64,000 nt of DNA, taken from the IMG/VR virus record IMGVR_UViG_3300020036_002522. One strand, written 5' to 3'. The position numbers and the translations under genes were made by a program. The DNA comes from a virus. Under the pieces are notes generated by a model that was not told the origin of the DNA, did no database searches, and worked only from the letters and a program-made list of their open reading frames with translations. This document shows, in pieces, positions 27,005-35,876 of this stretch; positions within the stretch are counted from its first letter, which is position 1; each line of letters begins with the position of its first letter.

Positions 27005-29146
27005 CTATTTGCGGCCGTCTACACGGGTATCGATTCGCGGGGTGCCGAGCTGCCACGTGGTACCGACCGTATTGGAGCTGACGCCTATGGCCAACTGCCT
27101 ACCGCGCACGCGCGTGCTCACCTGTCCGGTGAACTGGTCTACGTTGTAGGCACCAACCCGGGTGACTGCTGCGGAGCTGCTACCTCCAACGGAAGGCGGG
27201 ACGGTATACCCCGAGCCGGAGTTCTTGGCCGGATACAGCGTGAATGTCGCCGTCGGTGTGATGCCCGTAGTAGACGAACCGGCGAACGTAATGTCAGGCA
27301 GCAAGCGCCAAATGAAGGCGAAGTTGTGGCCATCGTCAATGTCGAACTGCGCACTGATGACATACGCGTTGATAGCGGTGGCTGGCGTCGTCTCGCCGTC
27401 GTCCGTACCGACCTCGTGCTGCACCAAGTTGTTACTGTAAGTGGCTGCAATCGGGTTTGTGTTGAGCCCCGTGTCCAACCATGCAGTGCGCGCCATGGTG
27501 CCGTAGTACCAAACATCTTCTGCGTAGTTGTAGACCACATAGCTGTCCACCGTGGTACTGCCTTCGGTACAGTAGAACCACCACACCTCATTGAACCCCT
27601 CGTTAGTAGCCGCGAAAATCTGATACCCCTGATCGTGGTCGAGGTCGTCGAACACATACGCGCGCAGGTCGCAGCGCAGCGTCGAAACGGTTCCGTCGTA
27701 CTTATAGAACTTGTCGATACCCATCCAGTAGGTGACTCCTGCCGCTACGGCGACGCAGTTGGGCCCCGCGCACGAGATGTTGCTGGCAAGGATGTTGAAG
27801 CCGTAGACCTCCGGCGCACCCAAGAACTGTTGGGAATACAGCGCGTTGTCCGTCCACACCAGAATCTCTTGGCGTACCTGCATCGCGGCGTAGATCAGGG
27901 ACCCCGACGACAGGCGATAGCTGCCGGCCAGATTCGTTATCTCCGGGTACCACGACAGCGCGTCTTCTGAGTCAGACCACCGGATCAGTAGCGGGTCGAG
28001 CGTTGTGGAATCGATCTCATTGGTGCCATACGCGATGACGATGCGTGTCGAATCGGACACCAGCAGTACGTTTTGCACAACCGGGACGTAGGAGGCGCCG
28101 GAAGAAAGGGCGAGGTTCGTCGCTCGTGTGCCGGTGCCGGCGCTGGAGTCCCAGTAGTAAATCCCGCCTCCGCGCGGGCCGAACACAAGGTCTTCCCCGT
28201 AATTCATCTGCGACCAGACACGCAGCGGCACCCCCGCCGCTTGCGCCGAGCTGCCCCAAGTGCTGGAACTCCAAGGCCCTGCGCCCCACCCGTAGGCAGG
28301 CTGCTGCACTTCCGTACCAGTGTTGATCTGATAGTCGGGCTCGACGTTGGCCCCGCCGCCAGACGCCGTGGCGTTGGACGCGGATGCGGCTGTGATGGTG
28401 TATGTGTTGACGTCCGTCACCGATGTGATCTGGTACTCGCCGCTGATCGTCAGCCCGCCGATAGCCGTGGCTCCGCTGAAGGTAACGAAATCATTGACCC
28501 GCGCGCCGTGCGCGGCGGCCGTAACAGTTACCGTGGTGCTCCCGTTGACAACCGCAAAGGGGTTGTTGGCCAGCTTGACGTTGTAGAAATAGTAGACCAC
28601 CGTTACCGCCGCGCCGCCGGCGCCCGCCACTGTTGACGTGGCTGCCGTAGCCACGGTAATGACGTAGTTGTTGGCATCCGTGATGGACGTGATGATGTGT
28701 GTCTGATTCAGGTCGAGCGCGGGCACGCCGCCGATCAACTCACCGCCGGTGAACGAAACAAGGTCTCCAGCAGCTGCCCCGTGCGCTGTATCTGCCACGC
28801 TAACGGTGGTGAGCCCGTTGGAGGTCGTGAATGGATTGGCCAGCGCCGCAGTGGCAGTCGGCAAGCGCAGCGGCGTGATGTCGTAATAGGTCGTGTTCTG
28901 CAGCGTATAGAACTTCAAGTTCGTACCGACACCGGTGTTCTTGAGCTGGTTGAGCGCCGTCCATGTCCAGAGCGAGCGGCAGACACCGAGGTACGTCGAA
29001 GACGTGACCTGCTCCCAGCCACCGATTACTTCAGGGGTACCTTGGCGAAAACGTATTTTGTCGGACTCAAACCACCCGCCTTCTGACTGGTATCTTAAAT
29101 TTTCCCGGTTGATCCCCGGCTTGAGTCGAAGCGCTTTGAGGGGCAC
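27005..29146 (-). CDS. tail/baseplate-type structural protein (713 aa)
   Basis: Large ORF between the lysis cassette and the internal proteins. The N-terminus LKPGINRENLRYQSEGGWFESDKIRFRQGTPEVIGGWE recalls podophage tail proteins. No precise family recognised. Confidence 0.5.
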   Translation of the reverse strand: MPLKALRLKPGINRENLRYQSEGGWFESDKIRFRQGTPEVIGGWEQVTSSTYLGVCRSLWTWTALNQLKNTGVGTNLKFYTLQNTTYYDITPLRLPTATAALANPFTTSNGLTTVSVADTAHGAAAGDLVSFTGGELIGGVPALDLNQTHIITSITDANNYVITVATAATSTVAGAGGAAVTVVYYFYNVKLANNPFAVVNGSTTVTVTAAAHGARVNDFVTFSGATAIGGLTISGEYQITSVTDVNTYTITAASASNATASGGGANVEPDYQINTGTEVQQPAYGWGAGPWSSSTWGSSAQAAGVPLRVWSQMNYGEDLVFGPRGGGIYYWDSSAGTGTRATNLALSSGASYVPVVQNVLLVSDSTRIVIAYGTNEIDSTTLDPLLIRWSDSEDALSWYPEITNLAGSYRLSSGSLIYAAMQVRQEILVWTDNALYSQQFLGAPEVYGFNILASNISCAGPNCVAVAAGVTYWMGIDKFYKYDGTVSTLRCDLRAYVFDDLDHDQGYQIFAATNEGFNEVWWFYCTEGSTTVDSYVVYNYAEDVWYYGTMARTAWLDTGLNTNPIAATYSNNLVQHEVGTDDGETTPATAINAYVISAQFDIDDGHNFAFIWRLLPDITFAGSSTTGITPTATFTLYPAKNSGSGYTVPPSVGGSSSAAVTRVGAYNVDQFTGQVSTRVRGRQLAIGVSSNTVGTTWQLGTPRIDTRVDGRK

Positions 29147-29155
29147 GGCAGTCTC

Positions 29156-29629
29156 CTATTTAGGCCAAGCCTCTATTATCGTTCGGATGTCGCTGGAATG
29201 GAGCGAAGCCTTTGCCGCCAAGATTCGATAGCTTTCTGTGCTTGCGTCGAATAACTCTCCGAGGGTATTGGCTCGGAGAGTGCAGGCATCGAGGGAGGCG
29301 GAGGCATCTCGCACGGTGCGGGTGATTTCGTCGCGCAAGCTGTCAGCAGCAGCACGAGCACTATCAGAATCCCGGCGGAGAGCAGTGCTTCTGGCCACTC
29401 CGTTGTTGACCGCATTGATAACGGCTTGATCGTTGCGAGTGCGAGTCGCTCCAATGAGGCGCTGATTTTCGAGAGTAGCTTCAACACGATCTTTCTCCTC
29501 AGAATCTGCACGCCATGATTGAATCTGCCAAGCTACACCGAACCCAGTGGCCGCGCTGGCTACGGCGATGATGCCTGCAACAATTAACTGCGGGGGCAAC
29601 ATTGGGCAAACTTCATCAACGCGGGCCAA
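29156..29629 (-). CDS. i-spanin (Rz-like)
   Basis: N-terminal TMD LIVAGIIAVASAATGFGVAWQI followed by a charged helical periplasmic domain. Alternative start at 29602. It contains an embedded lipoprotein ORF in another frame. Confidence 0.75.
   Translation of the reverse strand: MARVDEVCPMLPPQLIVAGIIAVASAATGFGVAWQIQSWRADSEEKDRVEATLENQRLIGATRTRNDQAVINAVNNGVARSTALRRDSDSARAAADSLRDEITRTVRDASASLDACTLRANTLGELFDASTESYRILAAKASLHSSDIRTIIEAWPK
29176..29415 (-). CDS. o-spanin (Rz1-like lipoprotein) embedded in the Rz frame
   Basis: Internal Met (aa 33 of ORF 29176..29511) gives MRSTTEWPEALLSAGILIVLVLLLTAC. The lipobox is LTAC, followed by the Pro-rich ATKSPAPCEMPPPPSMPALSEPIP. The ORF lies entirely inside the Rz gene. 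Confidence 0.75.
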   Translation of the reverse strand: MRSTTEWPEALLSAGILIVLVLLLTACATKSPAPCEMPPPPSMPALSEPIPSESYSTQAQKAIESWRQRLRSIPATSER

Positions 29630-30312
29630 GTGCCAGTTTCCTGCGCCGCCGCGATGAGCGCATCGTCGTCCAACCCGCCGGACAGCTTCCGCAAACCGTC
29701 GACCAGCCCGGTATCAATCGCGCACTGCAGCAGCCGCTGCTCGTACGGTTCTGGTGGCGCAGCAACCGGATTGCCCTCGGCGTCCCATGTTGCGCTGGCA
29801 TACCAATCAAGGTAAGCCGCCTTGTCCGACCGCACATAGGTGGTCAGCTCGTAGATCATGTTGCCGGGAACCTGCAGCGCGGTGATATACAGCCATGCGC
29901 CTTCTGTGATGACGACAGGAGAATCCAGCTGGCCATCGCTCAACTTCATGGCGCCTGCCGACGCAGGGGTATAGCAGGGTATCTCCGCACCTTGCTGCAA
30001 CAGTGTCAGAACGGCGCTACGGTCGATGGCGGCTGCGTTCTCTGGTGTTACATCGGCTACAGTGCCCGTCGGGGGCTGGCCCAACCGCATCAGCGCCTTG
30101 CTCTCTGGCGGGCTGGCGTAGGTGAACATCGTTGACTGCAAGCAGTTGGTACCGGGCGGCAGCCATACGCGCCACTGCAACTGCGTGGTGCTACCAACCT
30201 TGCTCGACATAGATACCGCGCCGCTTTCGTCTGCGAGAAACGGGGAGCCCGGTGCGAAGACGTCTTTGAAATCTGTGGTGCCCCGGTTAACGAGGGCTAA
30301 GCAGTCAGTCAT
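29584..30312 (-). CDS. hypothetical protein inside the lysis cassette (242 aa)
   Basis: The ATG at 30312 overlaps the endolysin TGA (ATGA, 30309-30312). The 3' end overlaps the Rz start. No TMD or known motif seen. Confidence 0.55.
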   Translation of the reverse strand: MTDCLALVNRGTTDFKDVFAPGSPFLADESGAVSMSSKVGSTTQLQWRVWLPPGTNCLQSTMFTYASPPESKALMRLGQPPTGTVADVTPENAAAIDRSAVLTLLQQGAEIPCYTPASAGAMKLSDGQLDSPVVITEGAWLYITALQVPGNMIYELTTYVRSDKAAYLDWYASATWDAEGNPVAAPPEPYEQRLLQCAIDTGLVDGLRKLSGGLDDDALIAAAQETGTWPALMKFAQCCPRS

Positions 30313-30782
30313 GCAATTCCCCTTAAACAAAGTTCTGTTTCCATGGCCCGGCGCTTCGTCAGTCCGGGCAGCTCAACCGAAACTCCTGCAACGCGAGCGC
30401 GGTTCCATCGTCCAAGCTGCATGCAGGCTCCGATGATGTTTCTTTCGGCAAGGAATCGGGCGGCGGTACTTCGCTTGGAGTCGCAGGCAATGTGCTCTCC
30501 GATGTTGTAGGCTGCGTCTGAGAAAGCCGCGAGGACTTCGGGTGGCAGTCCCGGTCGACAGCGGTCCACTGCTTCAATGACATTTGACATCTCCTTGGTA
30601 AGCAAGGCTTTGCATTCTGGTACGGTGCGGAAATCGCCCATCTTTACACCTGTGGTGCTACCGAAGCAGATGGTAGGCAATCCAATGGGGTCGCGGTACG
30701 CCCACTGTCGCAGCCCTTCTGCCGGAACCGCGAGCGCGGTTGCCAGCACAAGAGCTATGGCTTTGCGGTTGTCAGTCGCCAT
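30309..30782 (-). CDS. GH24 (T4/P21-type) lysozyme with N-terminal SAR or signal sequence
   Basis: From the Met at 30782: MATDNRKAIALVLATALAVPAEGLRQWAYRDPIGLPTICFGSTTG. It has a hydrophobic Ala/Leu-rich N-terminus and then the exact E-8x-D-5x-T catalytic spacing. The ATG overlaps the stop of a 33-aa upstream ORF. Confidence 0.8.
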   Translation of the reverse strand: MATDNRKAIALVLATALAVPAEGLRQWAYRDPIGLPTICFGSTTGVKMGDFRTVPECKALLTKEMSNVIEAVDRCRPGLPPEVLAAFSDAAYNIGEHIACDSKRSTAARFLAERNIIGACMQLGRWNRARVAGVSVELPGLTKRRAMETELCLRGIA

Positions 30783-30873
30783 TGTTCCGCAGCTCGTAAA
30801 TTGCAAGCGCAAGGATGCCGAAGCCGCAAACGGCAATGGCCCAGCTAAGAATGCAGAGTGCTTTTTCAATCAT
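30772..30873 (-). CDS. 33-aa single-TMD peptide (holin/antiholin candidate)
   Basis: Not in the ORF track (<60 aa). My translation is MIEKALCILSWAIAVCGFGILALAIYELRNNGD. Its ATG overlaps the upstream TGA (ATGA, 30870-30873), and its stop overlaps the endolysin ATG. Confidence 0.45.
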   Translation of the reverse strand: MIEKALCILSWAIAVCGFGILALAIYELRNNGD

Positions 30874-31295
30874 GGTGGGGGTTTTCCGTACTTGAATGTG
30901 AGCCACAAGCCGATGGCCGCAGTTGCGATACCGGCAATCCATTTGAATACTTTGCCGAACAGTTCGGCAAGGCGAAAGAACGATTTACCGAGCGTGAGGA
31001 TGTCGAGGATTTCCTCGGTATCCGCAGCGGTCTTGTCGGTCTTGGCCGTGTTGGCGTCCAATTTTTCCTCAAACCGCTTGTGCGTTATGGCCATCGCCTG
31101 CTGCCCCTGATGTAACTCTTCGATCTTTCCGGCGGTTACCATTTTCAACTCGTTGATGATGCCTTCGATTCGATGCATTCTGACCGTCCCGTCTGTGAAT
31201 CGTTTTTCAACCAGCAGCATGTTTGGACAACTGTCCGGCGTGTGCCCGGCAGTTCGGCGCTCAGGGCCCGTGTAATTCAGCGGTGCTGCAATCAT
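30870..31295 (-). CDS. 141-aa protein with single C-terminal TMD (holin-like candidate)
   Basis: The ATG overlaps the upstream TGA (31292-31295). It has a soluble, partly coiled-coil N-terminus and a C-terminal VFKWIAGIATAAIGLWLTF. It sits immediately upstream of the endolysin. Confidence 0.5.
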   Translation of the reverse strand: MIAAPLNYTGPERRTAGHTPDSCPNMLLVEKRFTDGTVRMHRIEGIINELKMVTAGKIEELHQGQQAMAITHKRFEEKLDANTAKTDKTAADTEEILDILTLGKSFFRLAELFGKVFKWIAGIATAAIGLWLTFKYGKPPP

Positions 31296-32152
31296 GCTTC
31301 ATCCTTTTCGTAAGTCCAGACCACACCCTTCACGATCACGCCTTTGTAGATCGTGCCGTAGAAATCAAGCGTTGGCAGGTGCAGCTCTTTAGCTGCGACC
31401 TTCCACATCGGTTCATCGGTGCTTAGGTCTTGATCCCAAACGGCACTGGCCAGATCGGTGATCGTCCCCACCACATTCAGCACTTCCACAGCAGGCGTTT
31501 GCCAGTCGGTGTACTCCAGCATCAACGGGATGGTAAGTTTGCCGTTGTCGAACTTCGGCGGGTCTGCGGGGGTGTACCCTGGAAACGGAATGAACCCGAA
31601 TGGGGACTTTGTGTACTTGTGCAGCTGGGTGAACTTAGGCAATTCCTCCCAAGGCCAGTAGTCAGTGACTAGCCCCGAACCTTGTATCAGGAACCCTTTG
31701 TCTTTGTCGTAACCGATGCAGGCTTCTACATGCTCCATGGCTACACCGTAGCGGTCGGTGATAATGGCCGAACCTTGGCAGATGGCGCGCATCAGTCCCT
31801 TCTTGCCGTTGATGCGCTCGGTGGCGAACCCGTCCGCGTGCAGCGAGCCGTACTGGAGTGCATCCAGCCCCGGGGGCTGCAATGGGAACCCTGCAAAAGG
31901 ATAAAGACCGTCTGGGCAGTAGCCGACGCGGTTGGCCGTGCGGATGGCCTCTTCGACCGACACCCGCCGCTTGTCCATGTAGTAGTAGCAGAAGTAGGGG
32001 CTGATCTGGATGTTGATGCCTGCTCGGTGTGCCGTGGCTTCGGCCGACGAGCTGAAACCAAAGCACGTGCAAGTGTCACCCGCTTGCATCTCCTGCCGCG
32101 TCCACGGGTTCAGGAACGATGCGCTGTCGGGGAAAACTTCTTGTTGCATCAT
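31292..32152 (-). CDS. papain-like (C1/CHAP-like) cysteine peptidase domain protein
   Basis: 286 aa. QAGDTCTCFGFSS compares with papain QGSCGSCWAFS. LMRAICQGSAIITD compares with the A..QPVSV segment. EHVEACIGYDKDKGFLIQGSG compares with DHAVAAVGY (H+6=G, +7=Y). Confidence 0.45.
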   Translation of the reverse strand: MMQQEVFPDSASFLNPWTRQEMQAGDTCTCFGFSSSAEATAHRAGINIQISPYFCYYYMDKRRVSVEEAIRTANRVGYCPDGLYPFAGFPLQPPGLDALQYGSLHADGFATERINGKKGLMRAICQGSAIITDRYGVAMEHVEACIGYDKDKGFLIQGSGLVTDYWPWEELPKFTQLHKYTKSPFGFIPFPGYTPADPPKFDNGKLTIPLMLEYTDWQTPAVEVLNVVGTITDLASAVWDQDLSTDEPMWKVAAKELHLPTLDFYGTIYKGVIVKGVVWTYEKDEA

Positions 32153-33060
32153 GTGATGTTACCGGTGATGGTGCCAACGGCATCGTACGTTATGTAGCTG
32201 TTGCCGTTTATGGCGTTGCCTGTTATGCCGGAAGTACCACTGGAACCGCTGCTCCCAGCACTATCCGCGCCGTTGGCCCCCGCCCCGCCGCCCGCGCCGC
32301 CTGCACCGCCGACAGTCCAGTAAATTGGTGGAGGAGGGCTGTTTGGCCCCGTCGTAGTGCCCGCACTACCGGTACTACCGGCGCTACCAGACCCTGTGGA
32401 GCCCGCAGCCCCCGCCGACCCGTCGTACGGAAAAGTTTCGTTTACCGTTGGGTACGTCGTGTATGAAACGTAATTCGTGTACCCGCCATTACCGCCGTTA
32501 CCGCCACCCCCGCCTGTACCGCCGGCAGCAAAACCGCCTGCGCCTCCACCACCCCCTGCCCCGCCGAGGCCGCGAATGATGGTTCCGAGATTGTTTAGCG
32601 TGACTGCGTACGCGGCTACAAAAGCCGTTCCGCCGTCGGTGCCGTTTGTGCCATCACCCCCGTTTGTAGAACCCGACGCGTCGCCCCCGGGACTGCCCGG
32701 ACTGCCTGCACCGCCCGCACCTCCTGCGACACCCGCCGCACCACCTGCACCTCCTGCACCGGGAGTGCCGGGAGTTCCGTTACTACCCGGACTGCCCGGA
32801 CTACCCGGAACTCCCGTTGCCCCTGCAATAGTGGCGTTGTTGGTGACATAAAGCGTACTGCCCGGTGCCCATCCGCTGCCGGTAGTAAAGGCCGGAGACG
32901 CGCCACTGCTTGATCCGATGTTGGAGTTGATTGTGCAGGTCACTATCACCGGATAGCCGGGGCTGCCTGCGGCGGCAAACATATCGTAATTGTTCGTCGC
33001 CCCCGGGGCCAGATTTATCGTCGTAGGCCCCTCCATCATGGTGATAAGCGCGCCGAGCAT
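32149..33060 (-). CDS. glycine-rich / collagen-like tail fibre protein
   Basis: The ATG at 33060 overlaps the upstream TAA (TAATG); the alternative start is 33093. Contains GATGVPGSPGSPGSNGTPGTPGAGGAGG and several further G-x-x / poly-Gly tracts. Confidence 0.6.
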   Translation of the reverse strand: MLGALITMMEGPTTINLAPGATNNYDMFAAAGSPGYPVIVTCTINSNIGSSSGASPAFTTGSGWAPGSTLYVTNNATIAGATGVPGSPGSPGSNGTPGTPGAGGAGGAAGVAGGAGGAGSPGSPGGDASGSTNGGDGTNGTDGGTAFVAAYAVTLNNLGTIIRGLGGAGGGGGAGGFAAGGTGGGGGNGGNGGYTNYVSYTTYPTVNETFPYDGSAGAAGSTGSGSAGSTGSAGTTTGPNSPPPPIYWTVGGAGGAGGGAGANGADSAGSSGSSGTSGITGNAINGNSYITYDAVGTITGNIT

Positions 33061-34328
33061 TATGTCTCCTGCTTCGCGGCTACCAAGTCCCATTTGGAAT
33101 CGGTAGCGTTCCAGATAAGCCCGAGATACAGCGTCTTGCTCAACACCGTTGTCGTCGGCAGCGAGGTACCCATGGCGCGGAACTGTGAACCGTACGTCAG
33201 CGCGCGGGCGGTGCCGTTGTCCTTGATGCGTATGAGCAGTGGTTGACCCTGCGTAGGCGTACCTGAGGGGTTGTTGAACAAAAGCGCCCCGGCTTGCGCG
33301 GTGACTATGAACATGTCCAGCGTGTCGCAGTCAAGGCTCGTGCCGGTATCCGTCGTGTAACTTGCCGCCGCTAGGGTGCGTGGTGTGACTCGTTTGTTTG
33401 TCAGCGTCTGTGTGCCGTCGAGCGTGGCCATTGTGGCGGTGGCGGCAGGGAACGTTAGCGTGTAATTCGAAGCCCCGGCGTTGGCGCTGGCAAAAGTGGT
33501 AACCCCTGTGCTGGAGCCGGTCAGAATGATGCCTGACGCGGGGAATGTCTGCGCTGCGCTCCATGTGTTTGCACCGAGTAGCGCGACCGTGCCGGTGGCT
33601 GCGGGGAACGTGATCGTGTAATTTGACGCCCCTGCGTTGGCGCTGGCGAAGGTGGTGACCCCCGTGCTGGAGCCGAGCAGCTTCAATAGGCTATTCGTGA
33701 ATGTGTTGGAGCCTGTCCAGACGTTGGTGGCACTCAACAAGCTCAGCGGGGCGGAGGTCCATGTTGTGCCGTTCGACGTCAGCACATTCCCGCTGGTGCT
33801 CGGGGCAACCGCCTGCGGCGCCGACGTACCATTTCCCAGTAACACGTTGTTGAGTGTCAGCGTGGAGGCCCCGGTGCCGCCAGAAGCTACAGGAAGTGCA
33901 GTGCCAAGCGTCAGCGCCGAGAGGTACGTTTCAGCCGAGACCACATCCGTCCCGTCGCAGTACAGCACCGCGCGGGAGCCGTTGGGCACCGAGATACCTG
34001 TGCCGGCCGAAGTCTTGACCGTCTGGGCGTAGCCCCCGGTTGAATTGTTGTAGACGATGTACAGCTTCGACAGTGCCGGCACAATGATGCTGCGCGCTGC
34101 ACCGGGCGTACCTCCGATGGTCAGAAACATGCACCGCGCTTCGTCGGTGGCGCCGTTGGCGGTCGAGAGGGTGTAATCCGCGGTGGTCATGGACAGACTG
34201 GCGAGCCCGGTGATCGCTGTGTCCACCAGCGTAGTGATGCTGTTGTTTACCGTGTCACCCCATGTGCCAGATTCGGCCCCGGTAGTGGGCAGTGCCAGTC
34301 GCAGGTTGCTTGTAAATACCGTGGCCAT
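33060..34328 (-). CDS. tail fibre protein with internal 52-aa duplication
   Basis: 422 aa, with AAGGAG upstream. The N-terminus LRLALPTTGAESGTWGDTVNNSITTLVDTAI is typical of fibre N-termini. GSSTGVTTFASANAGASNYT[IL]TFPAAT occurs twice. Confidence 0.65.
   Translation of the reverse strand: MATVFTSNLRLALPTTGAESGTWGDTVNNSITTLVDTAITGLASLSMTTADYTLSTANGATDEARCMFLTIGGTPGAARSIIVPALSKLYIVYNNSTGGYAQTVKTSAGTGISVPNGSRAVLYCDGTDVVSAETYLSALTLGTALPVASGGTGASTLTLNNVLLGNGTSAPQAVAPSTSGNVLTSNGTTWTSAPLSLLSATNVWTGSNTFTNSLLKLLGSSTGVTTFASANAGASNYTITFPAATGTVALLGANTWSAAQTFPASGIILTGSSTGVTTFASANAGASNYTLTFPAATATMATLDGTQTLTNKRVTPRTLAAASYTTDTGTSLDCDTLDMFIVTAQAGALLFNNPSGTPTQGQPLLIRIKDNGTARALTYGSQFRAMGTSLPTTTVLSKTLYLGLIWNATDSKWDLVAAKQET
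33440..33690 (-). repeat. tandem ~156-bp duplication inside the fibre gene
   Basis: 33445-33525 and 33600-33680 are near-identical at DNA level (gtgtaatt.ga.gccc..gcgttggcgctggc.aa.gtggt.acccc.gtgctggagcc). Confidence 0.6.
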
Positions 34329-34344
34329 AAGGGCTCCTTAATGT

Positions 34345-34452
34345 TCAAATTATAGTTGTCCACCCCGGCGTTTGGGTAGTATCTATCGGCCCCCACACGA
34401 GTACGCTTCCAACAGCACCCGTAGCAGCCACTCCTGTAACGGCGACGCTCAT
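34345..34452 (-). CDS. candidate 35-aa mini-ORF
   Basis: Not in the track. My translation is MSVAVTGVAATGAVGSVLVWGPIDTTQTPGWTTII. The ATG starts 1 nt after the upstream TGA, and the stop lies 17 nt before the fibre ATG. Confidence 0.25.
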   Translation of the reverse strand: MSVAVTGVAATGAVGSVLVWGPIDTTQTPGWTTII

Positions 34453-34453
34453 T

Positions 34454-34873
34454 TCAGGCCACCCGGATCACGGCAGTTGCCGCAGCAGCGGCAGGGAATA
34501 CGACAACGAAATCAGTAGCGGTAGCGGTCTTGTCCGCGCCGAAGTCCAGTACGGCAATAGCCCGGTTTGCTTTGGTCGAGTTGTAAATCAGCGCCCCGCG
34601 TGCCGTAAAACTGGCCCCGGCCCATGTAGCATCGGTGAAGTCACAGATGCCGGTCGTACCGTCAAGCGAGATGGTAGCCCCCGCGAGCGTGGCGCCCCCG
34701 GCCGAATACCCCGTCCCCGAGACCTCGTTGGTAGCGGAGTATGCAGTCGTTGCCGCACTGAGCGTAGCGCTGCTGGTGTACAGGGCGATCTTGATGACGT
34801 CGGTGTCGAGGGCATGGATGCCGCCGAGCAGCTCACTTTTGAAGCTGGAACAAAGCGCTTGGGATATAGCCAT
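34454..34873 (-). CDS. virion structural protein (139 aa)
   Basis: ORF in the fibre/neck region. It is Ala/Thr/Gly-rich and looks beta-rich. No family recognised. Confidence 0.5.
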   Translation of the reverse strand: MAISQALCSSFKSELLGGIHALDTDVIKIALYTSSATLSAATTAYSATNEVSGTGYSAGGATLAGATISLDGTTGICDFTDATWAGASFTARGALIYNSTKANRAIAVLDFGADKTATATDFVVVFPAAAAATAVIRVA

Positions 34874-34887
34874 GGGGTTCTCCTAAA

Positions 34888-35541
34888 TTACTGCACGGGT
34901 ATCCGCGCCTGCCCATTACGGTAATTGTCTTGGCGTTCTTGGCCATCACAGAGCCGTTTGAGCTGTGCCAGCGCTTCCATGTACTTCTTCTCGTACAGCG
35001 CCAGCAGGTCTGCTTCGCCTTTCAGGAAGGTGTACGCCTCGACGATCGTTCCGTAGAGCAGCACCGGGTCATAGTTGTCCCCGAGCCATGTCGTGCTGGC
35101 CGTAACAATCGACTCAGGGTAGTAGAAGTAGTGCAGCTCCGTGCTGTACGCAGCGTCGGGTGTTGGACCCAAGATGAAGGTCAGCTCTGTCGGTGCGTCA
35201 GAACGGCTGCCGAACAGGGCGTAGTATTTTGGAGTACCGGTGGCCGTTGGGATGGGGTACGCTTCGCGGATGAAGCTGACATCCTTGTTGAGCAGGTACG
35301 TGTAGGCACCTGTTGTCGGGGAAATGACTGCTATCGAAGCTGTGGCAAGGTAGTCCGTGGGGCATGTCAGGTAGGTGTTGCCAGAGGTTGTCGTTCCGGT
35401 GACGTTCTTGCGCAGCGCCGGGATGCTGCTCATGTTGTAGATTCTTGTCTCTGCTTGACGCACGAACGTGTTCATGTCCACCGTCTCGAAGGTTTCTTCT
35501 AAAAAATCAGAAACTGCTATTACGAGTTCAGAGTAATTCAT
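34888..35541 (-). CDS. virion structural protein (neck/adaptor region)
   Basis: The ATG at 35541 overlaps the upstream TGA (ATGA). The product starts MNYSELVIAVSDFLEETFETVD. Confidence 0.5.
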   Translation of the reverse strand: MNYSELVIAVSDFLEETFETVDMNTFVRQAETRIYNMSSIPALRKNVTGTTTSGNTYLTCPTDYLATASIAVISPTTGAYTYLLNKDVSFIREAYPIPTATGTPKYYALFGSRSDAPTELTFILGPTPDAAYSTELHYFYYPESIVTASTTWLGDNYDPVLLYGTIVEAYTFLKGEADLLALYEKKYMEALAQLKRLCDGQERQDNYRNGQARIPVQ

Positions 35542-35876
35542 GTCGTTGTAACCGTAACGGTCCCCACGTAGCCTGTTGCCAGTAGTGTATCCGGCGTAAG
35601 TGGGTTCGTCACCCCTACCGGATTCCATCCCCAAGCGATGTCGCGACTCTCTTCAGGGTAGTCGGGCCGGGGGTTGCGCAAGGCCTGCGGATCATAGACC
35701 GGGAAGGTACCAAGCATCAGCTGCGGCTGATCGGGCGTCCAGCACTGCCGGCACAACAACATGCCCGTGACTTTTGTCTTTACCACCTCTTGCTTCAGTC
35801 GTGCGAGCGGATAACGGAAACTGCACATATCGCAGTAGCCGTATGCGTACTTGCCTGAAGCGTATGGTGCGCTCAT
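35538..35876 (-). CDS. small Cys-containing virion-module protein
   Basis: The ATG at 35876 overlaps the upstream TGA (ATGA). It contains CDMCSF...CRQCW (CxxC...CxxC, zinc-ribbon-like). Confidence 0.5.
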   Translation of the reverse strand: MSAPYASGKYAYGYCDMCSFRYPLARLKQEVVKTKVTGMLLCRQCWTPDQPQLMLGTFPVYDPQALRNPRPDYPEESRDIAWGWNPVGVTNPLTPDTLLATGYVGTVTVTTT

